NCBI GenBank assembly: GCA_038046245.1
Contig: JBBSWO010000003.1
Span: 118,959-182,958 of the forward strand
Source: Nanobdellota archaeon
Lineage (GTDB): Archaea > Nanobdellota > Nanobdellia > Pacearchaeales > GW2011-AR1
Direction: 5' to 3'
Length of the DNA: 64,000 nt
Of the stretch, positions 9,618-19,250 are shown piece by piece. Position numbers and translations under genes: made by a program. Within the stretch, counting starts at the first letter, position 1, and every line of letters begins with the position of its first letter. The notes under the pieces are model-generated. The model worked only from the letters and a program-made list of their open reading frames with translations, was not told the DNA's origin and made no database searches.

Positions 9618-10579
9618 ACCTGCTGAGATTATACCCTGGCAAGATTGGAAAGAAATATCTAAGGAACATAAGGAATGCAGGAGTCGTAACTCCTCCAGAC
9701 AAATATTTCAATTCAATATTCTGGCTCGCAATAATTCTTACAGTTGTAACCTCTACACTATTCTTCATATTCCACGTCAGTGGCTATTTTATTCCGATTG
9801 TATTTCTTTTCTTCCATATTTTCTTTTACACAAACATAAGCTTAAAGGCGAGCAACAGGATAAAGGAAATGGAAAGTGTTTTCCCAGAAGTTATTTCTCT
9901 TATGGCAAGCAATCTTAGATCAGGAATGACGATAGATAAAGCTTTTTTGCTTGCTGCTCGTCCAGAATTCCATCCTCTTGATCAGGAAATATTAAAGACA
10001 GGAAAAGACATAACGACTGGGCAGGAAATAATATTTGCATTGAAAAAAATGAGCGAAAGAATAGAGTCCGAAAAAATCACAAGGATTGTAATGCTTATAA
10101 TTTCTGGCTTAAAGGCTGGAGGAAATATCTCTGATTTGTTGGAGCAGACTTCTCGAAACATGAAAGAGAAGGAGTTGCTTGAGAAAAAATCAAGGTCTAC
10201 GATTTTAATGTATGTTATTTTCATATTCTTCGCTGTTGGAGTCGGCGCTCCAGTTCTATTTGGACTAAGTTCAGTCTTAGTTGAGGTTGTTATAGAGTTG
10301 ACTTCAAGACTGCCGCATATGGCCAATACAGCCACGAGTTTCCCACTCTCGTTCAATTCAGTCTCGATATCTCTTAACTTTGTAGTTTATTTCGCCATAA
10401 TATTCATGATATTCTCAGATTTGATTTCCTGTATGGTCATGGGACTAGTAAGAAAAGGTGATTCCAAAGAAGGATTGAAGTATTTCTTCCCGTTAGTTGG
10501 AGCAAGTTTAGGATTGTTTTTTATAATAAGAGCACTTCTTTCAAAGTTTATACTCACAAGTATCAGAGGCTCGTTTTGA
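9614..10579 (+). CDS. TadC/T2SS-F family pilus platform protein
   Basis: FPEVISLMASNLRSGMTIDKAF and GLKAGGNISDLLE; ATGA overlap. Confidence 0.9.
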   Translation: MNLLRLYPGKIGKKYLRNIRNAGVVTPPDKYFNSIFWLAIILTVVTSTLFFIFHVSGYFIPIVFLFFHIFFYTNISLKASNRIKEMESVFPEVISLMASNLRSGMTIDKAFLLAARPEFHPLDQEILKTGKDITTGQEIIFALKKMSERIESEKITRIVMLIISGLKAGGNISDLLEQTSRNMKEKELLEKKSRSTILMYVIFIFFAVGVGAPVLFGLSSVLVEVVIELTSRLPHMANTATSFPLSFNSVSISLNFVVYFAIIFMIFSDLISCMVMGLVRKGDSKEGLKYFFPLVGASLGLFFIIRALLSKFILTSIRGSF

Positions 10580-10631
10580 AAGCTTAGCAATGTTTAAAAG
10601 TATGATTTTCTTTCAATGAAAATAAATTCAA

Positions 10632-11342
10632 ATGGCAGAAAACAAAGTCATTACTGGAGTCTCGGGCTACGATCAACTGGTTGAGGGTGGATTCGAAAAA
10701 AATTCAATCAATCTTATAGCTGGAGGAAGCGGCAGCGGAAAAACCATTTTTGCAGTGCAGTTTTTGCTTGAAGGCCTTAAAAAAGGGGAAAGCGTTTTAT
10801 ATGTTACATTTGAAGAGAAAAAAGAAGATTTCTACGAAAACATAAGAAAAATTGGGTGGGATTTGAATAAAGCTGAAAAGACCGGCAAATTTATTTTCTT
10901 GGAATATTCTCCGGAAAAAGTCAAAATGATGCTTGATGAAGGTGGAGGAGCAATAGAGTCCACTGTCTTGAAAAACAAAATCACAAGAATGGTGGTTGAT
11001 AGTATAACAAGTTTTTCTCTTTTGTTTGATGATGAGCAATCTAGAAGACAGGCAATATTGGGATTTTTTGATATAATAAGAAAATGGGATGTCACAACTC
11101 TTTTGACTGTACAACATTCTCCAACAAACCAAAGAGACAGAGGTTTATCTTATGTTGAATTTGAAGCTGACAGCATATCTGTTCTTTATTATGTGTCCAC
11201 AGGCGGAAGAAGAAGGAGATTCATTGAAGTCTTGAAGATGAGGGGAACAGACCACTCTAAGGATATCCACGTATTTTCTATAGACAAAAGATACGGTGTG
11301 AGAGTCGGCCCAAAAGCCAATGTTGACTTGAGCAAGATTTGA
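10632..11342 (+). CDS. KaiC/RAD55-family ATPase (FlaH-like context)
   Basis: TGVSGYDQLVEGG, GGSGSGKT, YVTFEE, VVDS, EVLKMRG. Confidence 0.9.
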   Translation: MAENKVITGVSGYDQLVEGGFEKNSINLIAGGSGSGKTIFAVQFLLEGLKKGESVLYVTFEEKKEDFYENIRKIGWDLNKAEKTGKFIFLEYSPEKVKMMLDEGGGAIESTVLKNKITRMVVDSITSFSLLFDDEQSRRQAILGFFDIIRKWDVTTLLTVQHSPTNQRDRGLSYVEFEADSISVLYYVSTGGRRRRFIEVLKMRGTDHSKDIHVFSIDKRYGVRVGPKANVDLSKI

Positions 11343-11380
11343 TTGCTTTAAGAAATCTTATAAAATAATAATAATAAAAA

Positions 11381-12025
11381 TTATTCTGTTGGCTCAGTTG
11401 CTAGAAATGCCCACCAAGGTTTATGTGTTTTGGCCTCTCCTGTTCCCGCATTAATATCCACACTTACTTGCATTTTGCTCTGGAAAATGCCTAAGATTTT
11501 AGAATGCCTTTCTATCTGCACTTCATATTGGACTCTTTCATTCGTTCCATTTCCAACATCTTTTAGCTGTATTGTGCAATTATTGTCAGACGAACAGACC
11601 TTTAGTCTGAGTCTTTCCAATGCTGTTGCTGAAGCAGTGTCAGGCATTATCTTTATCTCGGCTTCTGTCCCATTTCTTAGCTTTGTTTTGAGCCGGGTTT
11701 TTCCTTCCGAATCAGTGTCAGAAGTTATATTCAGTTCAGTTTGTGCCCGAACACCATTGACTCTCAATTCTCTCAAATCCTCTGACAAGTCTCTTACGTT
11801 TAATAGCTGACCAAGAGAGGTATTATAGTCTCCTGATTTAATCTCTTCTTTTTTCTCTGCTATTTGTTCACTAAGGTCCTCGCCAATTCCTTCACTTGTT
11901 TGATTTCTATCCTCAGAGGAATTCTTATCTGAAGAATCGTTTCCTCTTCCAGATTCATTTTCTATTGCCAAAACCAGGCCTAGAGTAAGCACCAAAAACA
12001 ATGCTATAACAAATACTTTGTTCAT
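11381..12025 (-). CDS. Exported protein with PepSY-like C-terminus ending KPWWAFLA
   Basis: Signal peptide MNKVFVIALF after GGAGG SD; paralog of 60743-61753. Confidence 0.75.
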   Translation of the reverse strand: MNKVFVIALFLVLTLGLVLAIENESGRGNDSSDKNSSEDRNQTSEGIGEDLSEQIAEKKEEIKSGDYNTSLGQLLNVRDLSEDLRELRVNGVRAQTELNITSDTDSEGKTRLKTKLRNGTEAEIKIMPDTASATALERLRLKVCSSDNNCTIQLKDVGNGTNERVQYEVQIERHSKILGIFQSKMQVSVDINAGTGEAKTHKPWWAFLATEPTE

Positions 12026-12107
12026 TTTACCTCCTTTCATCCTTTTAGTAATCATGTAAAACAACAAGAAGAATGGATTATTTAAGATTATCTCTATAAG
12101 ACTAAAA

Positions 12108-12179
12108 TGCGCGAGCCGGGGCTCGAACCCGGGTTACTTCGTTGGCAACGAAATGTACTAACCACTGTACTACTCACGC
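12108..12179 (-). tRNA. tRNA-Gly(GCC)
   Basis: GCGTGAG acceptor, anticodon arm TTTCG-TTGCCAA-CGAAG, T arm CCGGG-TTCGAGC-CCCGG; CCA not encoded. Confidence 0.97.
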
Positions 12180-12276
12180 AATACTTAATTTTATTAGAAT
12201 TAATGCTTTAAAAACTTAAACTTTCTCCCACAACCTTTTAAATATTCTTTCCCTGTTTTACTAGAGAAGAGGTAAA

Positions 12277-13143
12277 ATGGTTTTTAGTTTTTTAGTAGCT
12301 TTGTTCGGAGCAATGGCAGGTGCAGCGGCAACAATGCTTGATAAATCAGTGTTAAGGATAAGGAAAATAGACTTCAAACTTTATCAGTCAGCATCATTTC
12401 TTGGAATAGCGCTTGTTTCACTCCCACTCATACTGTTCCTTTGGAAAACAAGTCCAGGAGCTTTCGAACTGAAAAACATCCTCATATTCATTGTGGTAAT
12501 CATAGCCTCGGTCATTGCAAACGCTTTTGCTTTCTACTCACTTAAATGGGAAAAGATAACAAATCTTGAGCCAGCCAGGTTATTAGAACCATTTTTCACA
12601 ATAATCCTTGCAATACTATTCAGCTTTATTTTCGGTCAGGCATTATATGAAAGAAATGCAAAAATTGTTGTTCCTGCTTTGATTGCCGCATGCGCTTTAG
12701 TTTTCTCACATTTAAGAAAACATCATCTTGAATTCAACAGGTATTTCATATTCGCAATTTTCGGCGCACTTTTCTTCGCCCTAGAACTAACTCTTTCAAG
12801 ATTGATATTAAACTACTATTCTCCTCTGACGTTTTATTTCATAAGATGTCTGATGATTTTCATAATTAGTGTAGCAATTTTCAGGCCAAACTTCAAAAAA
12901 ATAAAAACAAAAAGAGTGAAGTTTGAAATCCTTGTATCATCAGCAATTTGGGTAATTTTCAGGGTGTTATTGTATTATGGGTATTTGAAAATCGGGGTTA
13001 TATTGACAACCCTTCTTGTAATGCTTAGTCCTATTTTTGTTTATCTATTCGCTTGGAAATTCCTAAAAGAAAAAATTGACTGGAGAAACATTGTCGCCGC
13101 AGTAATAATAATTGCAAGCATATCGTACGCTTTGCTCGCTTAA
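12277..13143 (+). CDS. DMT/EamA family transporter
   Basis: About 10 TM helices in two repeats; LSPIFVYLFAWKFLKEKI. Confidence 0.85.
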   Translation: MVFSFLVALFGAMAGAAATMLDKSVLRIRKIDFKLYQSASFLGIALVSLPLILFLWKTSPGAFELKNILIFIVVIIASVIANAFAFYSLKWEKITNLEPARLLEPFFTIILAILFSFIFGQALYERNAKIVVPALIAACALVFSHLRKHHLEFNRYFIFAIFGALFFALELTLSRLILNYYSPLTFYFIRCLMIFIISVAIFRPNFKKIKTKRVKFEILVSSAIWVIFRVLLYYGYLKIGVILTTLLVMLSPIFVYLFAWKFLKEKIDWRNIVAAVIIIASISYALLA

Positions 13144-13365
13144 CACTCTGCAGATTTTGGTTTTCTAGCAATAGTTAATACACCCTCAGCAATAATATAA
13201 AGAGAACCAACAAGAGTTACAGAATTCATCACAAAATAGCTCAAGCTCAGTAGGACTCATTGCAGCATCTTCAAAAAAATTTACAGCAGGTTTGTATGTC
13301 AAAGCAATCCCAGCCAAACCTGCGACAAGAATAATTCCTCCAAGAATTCTTTTATTTAGGCTCAT
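13140..13365 (-). pseudogene. Small two-TM membrane gene split by a frameshift (or a sequencing error)
   Basis: Frame 1 MSLNKRILGGIILVAGLAGIAL...; a +1 shift near 13245 gives LSYFVMNSVTLVGSLYIIAEGVLTIARKPKSAEC*, whose stop shares TTAA with the convergent DMT gene. Confidence 0.6.
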
Positions 13366-13576
13366 TTGGATTTGAAAATTTATCTCTGTAATTAATTCCA
13401 AGCCCTTTTAATTTTTCTATGCCTTTATGGTACAAATCTATGAAGTATTGAAAGCTATCTTTATCTTCTGGATTCTGAGCTAACGACTCAGTAGCATATA
13501 ATTCATTATTTCTGACAAATATTGACAACTCCGCCATATTATCTGGAATTCTTGATTCTATAGTATTACTTGCCAT
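13352..13576 (-). CDS. Hypothetical protein
   Basis: ORF with TATA-like TTTATAAA about 22 nt upstream. Confidence 0.6.
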   Translation of the reverse strand: MASNTIESRIPDNMAELSIFVRNNELYATESLAQNPEDKDSFQYFIDLYHKGIEKLKGLGINYRDKFSNPNEPK

Positions 13577-13610
13577 CTTATATCAAAGTTTTTTTATTTT
13601 ATAAATTTAT

Positions 13611-15212
13611 TTAATCAAGGTCAGGCATTCCTCTAGGCATATTCATCCCTTTGCTTCCAGAACTAGCTATAACATCGTCAATTCTTAATATCATTATAGC
13701 AACCTCGCTCGCAGAATTTATTGCTTGTGTTTTTATTTTCAAGGGCTCAATTATTTTTGCCTCCAAGACATTTTCAATCTTGTTTGTGAACAAATTCAAT
13801 CCCGTATTCTTTTCTCCAGAATCATGCCTTGATTTTAATTCTGTTAGAGTATCGATAGGGTCTAAACCTGCATTTTCTGCGAGTGTAGCAGGAATAAATT
13901 CAAGAGAAGAAGCGAATTCTTCAACAGCTAATTGCTCTCTTCCGCTAAGTCCCTGAGAAAATTCTCTCAATCTTTTTGCTAATTCAATTTCTACAGCCCC
14001 GCCTCCAGGAACAACATACCCCGATTTCAAAGTGCATATAACATCTCCCAATCCGTCTTTTATTGCCCTCTCAATTTCGTCAATAACATGCTCTGTCCCC
14101 CCATGGATCAATATTGTCAAAGCTTTTGGGTTCTGACATCCCATAACATAAGTCTTTGCATCCCCGCCATTTCTTACTTCTTCAACAATTCTCGCAGCCC
14201 CAAGCTCAAAAGGAGTCAACTCGGAAAGGTTGCTTACAATTTTCCCACTCGTTGCCTTAGCGATTTTTTCCATGTCATCTTTGGAAACTCTTCGGGTAGC
14301 ATAGATTCCTTCTTTGGCAAGAAGATATTGTGCGAAGTCATCAATTCCTTTCTGGCAAAAAACAACATTGGCTCCAGAAATCTTGACTTTTTCTACCATT
14401 TCTTTTATCATTCTTTCTTCCTGCATCAAGAATCCATTAAGCTGTTCAGGAGTTGATATGGAAATCTTTGTCTCTATGTCTGGATTTTTTATCTCCAAAG
14501 GAAAATCTATCAAGGCTATCTTAGCTCCGTCAACTCTTACAGGCATGTCTTGGGAGACTCTTTCCTTATCAAAAACAATTCCAGAAATTAGTTCCGTATC
14601 GCTAATTCCGTCCCCTTTTGCTTTTTCTATTTTTATGTCCTTAACATTAATTCTTCCATTGTCATAAATCTGCTTCACAGCATCAACAATAATTCCCGCA
14701 AATTTTTCTTTAGAATCTTCAGCGCCCTTTCCGGTCATTGCAGTCATCGCAATCTGCCTTAATATTTCAGTATCATCATGAGTTACTCTTAAAGAAATAT
14801 CTTTCAAGATTTCCTGGCATTTATCAGCAGCAATCCTATACCCTTTTGTTATGACCGTTGGATGAATCTTCCTATCCAAAAGTTTTTCAGCATTCTCCAA
14901 AAGTTTTCCGGCAATCATTACAGCAGTGGTCGTTCCATCACCGACTTCAGACTCTTGGGTCTTTGCGACTTCAACCATCATCTTCGCAGCAGGATGTTCT
15001 ATCTGCATTTCTTCAAGAATCGTGACTCCATCATTTGTGACTATAATGTCTCCTGTAGGAGAAACCAACATTTTATCCATACCCTTTGGTCCAAGGGTCG
15101 TTTTCACAACTTCTGCAACCATCCGTGCAGCTAGAATATTGTTTCTCTGAGCATCTTTTCCAAGAAGTCTCTGCACATCTTCAGGCATTAACATAACTGG
15201 TTTATCTGACAT
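13611..15212 (-). CDS. ths: Thermosome subunit (group II chaperonin)
   Basis: [40 protein letters not shown]. Confidence 0.97.
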   Translation of the reverse strand: MSDKPVMLMPEDVQRLLGKDAQRNNILAARMVAEVVKTTLGPKGMDKMLVSPTGDIIVTNDGVTILEEMQIEHPAAKMMVEVAKTQESEVGDGTTTAVMIAGKLLENAEKLLDRKIHPTVITKGYRIAADKCQEILKDISLRVTHDDTEILRQIAMTAMTGKGAEDSKEKFAGIIVDAVKQIYDNGRINVKDIKIEKAKGDGISDTELISGIVFDKERVSQDMPVRVDGAKIALIDFPLEIKNPDIETKISISTPEQLNGFLMQEERMIKEMVEKVKISGANVVFCQKGIDDFAQYLLAKEGIYATRRVSKDDMEKIAKATSGKIVSNLSELTPFELGAARIVEEVRNGGDAKTYVMGCQNPKALTILIHGGTEHVIDEIERAIKDGLGDVICTLKSGYVVPGGGAVEIELAKRLREFSQGLSGREQLAVEEFASSLEFIPATLAENAGLDPIDTLTELKSRHDSGEKNTGLNLFTNKIENVLEAKIIEPLKIKTQAINSASEVAIMILRIDDVIASSGSKGMNMPRGMPDLD

Positions 15213-15318
15213 TTTATTGAGATTAATAATTTTCCAAATTTCCGAGCATATTTAAGATTTATGGTGATGAAATAATGGCAAGTTTTATATACCCTTGTTA
15301 TTGCAGAGTAATAACAAA

Positions 15319-16410
15319 ATGACAACTTTAGAGGAAGCAGTTAATGAGACAGAAAACAGCGTTTCAGATAGAGGAAGCTCGTGGAAACAAAGAGCTGGAA
15401 AGGCTGTTTTAAGAGGCGCGGGAAAAGCAGCCTACTTTATTACATTAAAACCTTTTGAAGCAGCTTATAAAAGTGTGAAAGGTAGATCTTTTGATGCTTA
15501 TGGCAGGCAAGTTATTTTTATACTAGACAATTATCAGGCGTTTGCAGGAGACTTAGAAAAAGGTACTGCACTCAGTTTGGTAAGATCAGGACAAAAGATA
15601 ACTGATATCTTTGAAGAAAGACCTGACCTATTTAAAAAAAGAGCTAGAGTTCTAGGAACAAAAAGAAGACCTCTTTGGAGACCATTTGGCGCGTACACAA
15701 ATTGGTATGGTACAGATGTTATTCGTGTTAATCTAGTAGACCGGCCGTTAAACCCAAAAGAAAGAACTGTCGTTAGCACTTTTTATAAAATGCCAATAAA
15801 TTTTGGTGTTGATTTAAGATTGACATACCAAGATGATCCAGTGTTTTACATGCTTGCACATTCAGGAGAATTACTCCAAATAAAAAAACTAAAAGGACGG
15901 GAAAGAAAAAAAGCTTCTGATGATTTTAGACAGAGAATTGATGAAGAAGTTATATCCTTTGCAACAGGGACAGCAACAGAACATTTTGCAAACACACCAT
16001 TTGAATACGCAATTCAAACTCCCATCACTCCATCAAGACTAAGCGGAAGAAGGTTAGCTCTTCAGGAAAGCAAAGGTTTGAAAATTACTGAATTCGACAT
16101 TGAAAAATATACTTTTACTGAAACTCAACAGAGAATAATTTTCGAAACATTAATGATGCAATACGCCCAAAACAGTGAAGGTGGAAACGGTTTAAGGAAA
16201 TTTACTGATGTTACAAATTCTTTGTTAGGTATTGTAAACAGATCAAACTTTAACAGAGAAGTTTTAGGATTATTAAAAAGATTTAATGAATATAGGGGTG
16301 CAGGATTAAATAGTGTTCAAGGATTTGAAAGAGCTTCTGTTTACGACGCAAATTCAGGACAAAAACCAGTTCAAGATGTTTTGTCTAATGAATTTTCCGG
16401 AGCTGAATAG
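15319..16410 (+). CDS. Hypothetical protein, weak SPFH/Band 7-like similarity
   Basis: Long ORF; INFGVDLRLTYQDDP and GLKITEFDIEK resemble SPFH strands. Confidence 0.6.
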   Translation: MTTLEEAVNETENSVSDRGSSWKQRAGKAVLRGAGKAAYFITLKPFEAAYKSVKGRSFDAYGRQVIFILDNYQAFAGDLEKGTALSLVRSGQKITDIFEERPDLFKKRARVLGTKRRPLWRPFGAYTNWYGTDVIRVNLVDRPLNPKERTVVSTFYKMPINFGVDLRLTYQDDPVFYMLAHSGELLQIKKLKGRERKKASDDFRQRIDEEVISFATGTATEHFANTPFEYAIQTPITPSRLSGRRLALQESKGLKITEFDIEKYTFTETQQRIIFETLMMQYAQNSEGGNGLRKFTDVTNSLLGIVNRSNFNREVLGLLKRFNEYRGAGLNSVQGFERASVYDANSGQKPVQDVLSNEFSGAE

Positions 16411-16451
16411 AAAGATTTATAAATGATGTTACTTAAAAATGAATACATAAT

Positions 16452-16961
16452 ATGGCAGACATAAGAATGAGGGATAAACAGGGAAGAGCCTATAGCTGGT
16501 GGGTTTCTAGACTTAGACATATTCAATATGGTGGTACAAACGCAGTAACAAAAGTTGCTGGATGGGCTGCTGCCGGTATGGCTGCAGGAATAGGAACTAG
16601 AACACTATATGAAACACTTATGAATGTGGATGCAAAATACACTGGAAATATAGCTAATCAGCTCTGGGAAGGATTAAAAGATGCAACGCCTTTTATACAC
16701 AATAATGATATTAAAACTGATTTGACCGTTACACTTTCTGCAGGAATTGTTGGTGCATTATGTTACTTAGGTGGAAGATTAATATTCGGACAAGATGGTG
16801 CTTATCCTTCAGGAGTAGATTACAACCGTGTTGCAGTTGAAACTGATGTTCAAGCTTCAGCACAAAGAGCACAAAAAAGAGCCGCAAGAAAAGCGACTGA
16901 GGCGGATTTAGAATCAAGAGCTTCAAGATCTGGAGCAAGGGTTGGAGACGAACCTCTTTAA
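16452..16961 (+). CDS. Hypothetical membrane protein
   Basis: Two Gly/Ala-rich hydrophobic segments; own TATA box (TTTATAAA). Confidence 0.65.
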   Translation: MADIRMRDKQGRAYSWWVSRLRHIQYGGTNAVTKVAGWAAAGMAAGIGTRTLYETLMNVDAKYTGNIANQLWEGLKDATPFIHNNDIKTDLTVTLSAGIVGALCYLGGRLIFGQDGAYPSGVDYNRVAVETDVQASAQRAQKRAARKATEADLESRASRSGARVGDEPL

Positions 16962-17033
16962 TATTTAATTCTCAATTATCCTATTTTCATATAAATCTTT
17001 ATAAGTTTCAGCTTGCTGATTCTTAGTGTAAAA

Positions 17034-17588
17034 ATGGAAAGAATTAGGGTTGCAGAGGTCATGACTAGGGATCCGATAACAATAAAACCGGAAACGAGCC
17101 TTTTGGACTGTGCAAAGATTATGGTCAAGAAAAGGATTGGGACTCTTTTGCTTGCCAACGGAAAAAAATTAGTCGGACTGATATCCAGAAAAGACATTCT
17201 TTGGGCATTGATAAAAAAATCTAAGCAGGACCTTTCAAAAATAAAGGCTGTTGACATTTCTCCGAAAAAAATCGCGACAGTAAAACCAGACTCAACGATA
17301 AGGGAAGCATTGAACAAAATGAAGCAGGTAAAATTCGAAAGGCTTCCAGTGATATTTGAAGGAAACCTCGTGGGAATGCTAACAGCTAGGGACATTTTAA
17401 GTTTCCATCCAGAAGCATATCCCGAGCTTGAAGAATTCACCCAGATAAGAGAAGAATCCGAAAAGTTAAGAAGAGTAAAAAAAATAAAAAACGTTACAGA
17501 AGGAATATGTGAAGAATGTGGAAATTACGACATACTTTACATGACTCACGGAAATCTTATCTGCGAGAGCTGCAGAGAAAAAATTTAA
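17034..17588 (+). CDS. CBS-domain pair protein with C-terminal zinc ribbon
   Basis: VAEVMTRDPITI, LVGMLTARDIL; CEECG and CESC. Confidence 0.92.
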   Translation: MERIRVAEVMTRDPITIKPETSLLDCAKIMVKKRIGTLLLANGKKLVGLISRKDILWALIKKSKQDLSKIKAVDISPKKIATVKPDSTIREALNKMKQVKFERLPVIFEGNLVGMLTARDILSFHPEAYPELEEFTQIREESEKLRRVKKIKNVTEGICEECGNYDILYMTHGNLICESCREKI

Positions 17589-17914
17589 TTACCTTCTCCA
17601 AGAAAATAACCCTCTAACTTTTGCCCAAAAATTCCTGAAAACAACCCACATCTATGATCTGTCACAAAAAAATAAAGCCCGGTTCCTTTTAACGATTCAT
17701 CAACATCAACAGCAAAACTTTCTGGTGTAGTGCCGGCATCTCTGTCTAATTTGACAACCTTTTTCTCACAAGAAGTTTGAAATCTTATAGAAAAAACGTT
17801 TGGCCTTAAAATACTCTGCCTTGCATAACCATTGCCCAAAGGAATTCCATCACGAAAAAGTCTCATTCGTAGCTCTTCATTTTCTCCCATTATGACTCTT
17901 GTCAATTCCGCCAT
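17585..17914 (-). CDS. Hypothetical protein
   Basis: ORF with TATA upstream; stop overlaps the convergent CBS gene. Confidence 0.6.
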   Translation of the reverse strand: MAELTRVIMGENEELRMRLFRDGIPLGNGYARQSILRPNVFSIRFQTSCEKKVVKLDRDAGTTPESFAVDVDESLKGTGLYFFVTDHRCGLFSGIFGQKLEGYFLGEGN

Positions 17915-18009
17915 AAAATTTTATCTTAATATTGTTTATAAGCATTTGTTTAGTTAAATATTTAAATCAAAATTCCCCTAGTAATATAAGAAAAAGGGAC
18001 AACATATTC

Positions 18010-18513
18010 ATGGTTGAAGAAGAACAGATATTTTCAAGCAAAGTAAAGTATAATGGAGTTTTTTCATTTAAAGATACATACAAATTTTGCTACGATTACC
18101 TCATAGAGGAATTTGGGCTGGATATTTCTGAAGAAAAATATGTGGAGAAAATTGCCGGAGATGCGAAAAACATCGAGGTAAAATGGAGTGCAACAAAAAA
18201 GATTACAGATTATTTCAAATTCAAGATTTCAATTGTCTATAAGGTTGACGGACTGAAAAATATTGAGATGACTCAGGACGGAGTGAAGATAAAAACAAAC
18301 CAAGGCAGCATCGAGACTACTGTTAAAGGGACTTTGATGAGGGACTACGAAGGAAAATTTGAGCAAAACGCTTTCCAAAAATTCCTGAGGGCAGTTTATG
18401 AAAAATTTATTATAACTGCAAGGATAAACGAGTTCGAGGACAAATTGATAACTTGGTGTGATAATTTTTTGGCACAGACGAAAGCCTATCTTGATCTAGA
18501 GGGAAGAAAATAA
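18010..18513 (+). CDS. Conserved hypothetical protein
   Basis: Protein-like ORF from MVEEEQIF; no function recognised. Confidence 0.75.
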   Translation: MVEEEQIFSSKVKYNGVFSFKDTYKFCYDYLIEEFGLDISEEKYVEKIAGDAKNIEVKWSATKKITDYFKFKISIVYKVDGLKNIEMTQDGVKIKTNQGSIETTVKGTLMRDYEGKFEQNAFQKFLRAVYEKFIITARINEFEDKLITWCDNFLAQTKAYLDLEGRK

Positions 18514-18524
18514 ATTAGTCTAAA

Positions 18525-19166
18525 ATGAGAAAAGCATATCTCTTTTCTATAATCCTGTTGATTGTTTTATTTGCATTGTCAGTCTGTTCTTACCAAGTAT
18601 TTCCAAACAAAATAGCAAGTCATTGGAATGCCCAAGGAATGGCCGATAGTTACACAAATAAATTTTGGGGTTTGTTTCTCATCCCAATAATCTCGCTGGG
18701 CGTCTTTCTTCTCTTTTTGTTAATTCCGGTTTTGGATCCTTTAAGAAAAAATATAAGCAAATTCAGAAGATATTTTGATACGTTTACCGTGATAATAATA
18801 CTATTCTTTCTTTATCTCCACATTTTAACAATTCTGTTCAATCTTGGGATAAGGTTCAATTTTACGCTAATGCTTATGCCTGCTTTGGCAATTTTAATTT
18901 TTTATTCTGGAATCTTGATAGAAAACGCGAAAAGAAATTGGTTTGTGGGAATAAGAACTCCTTGGACGCTGTCAAGCGATAAAGTCTGGAATAAAACACA
19001 CGAAGTTGGAGGAAGATTGTTCAAAGCTTCTGCAGTTATAATGCTTTTAGGAATATTTTTCCCAAAATATTCCATCTTTTTCATTATTGTGCCTTTGTTA
19101 TTTTCAGCGCTTTTTTCTTTCATTTATTCCTATTACGTCTATAAAAAACTTAGAAAAAAGTATTGA
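18525..19166 (+). CDS. SdpI-family / DUF1648 membrane protein
   Basis: IASHWNAQG and RNWFVGIRTPWTLSSDKVWNKTH. Confidence 0.92.
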   Translation: MRKAYLFSIILLIVLFALSVCSYQVFPNKIASHWNAQGMADSYTNKFWGLFLIPIISLGVFLLFLLIPVLDPLRKNISKFRRYFDTFTVIIILFFLYLHILTILFNLGIRFNFTLMLMPALAILIFYSGILIENAKRNWFVGIRTPWTLSSDKVWNKTHEVGGRLFKASAVIMLLGIFFPKYSIFFIIVPLLFSALFSFIYSYYVYKKLRKKY

Positions 19167-19250
19167 TTTAAAATTTCTTGATTTTTGTTATAAAAAAATA
19201 GTAAAAGTGACAACCGAAATGCTTATATACAAATATCTTTTTATTTTCGT

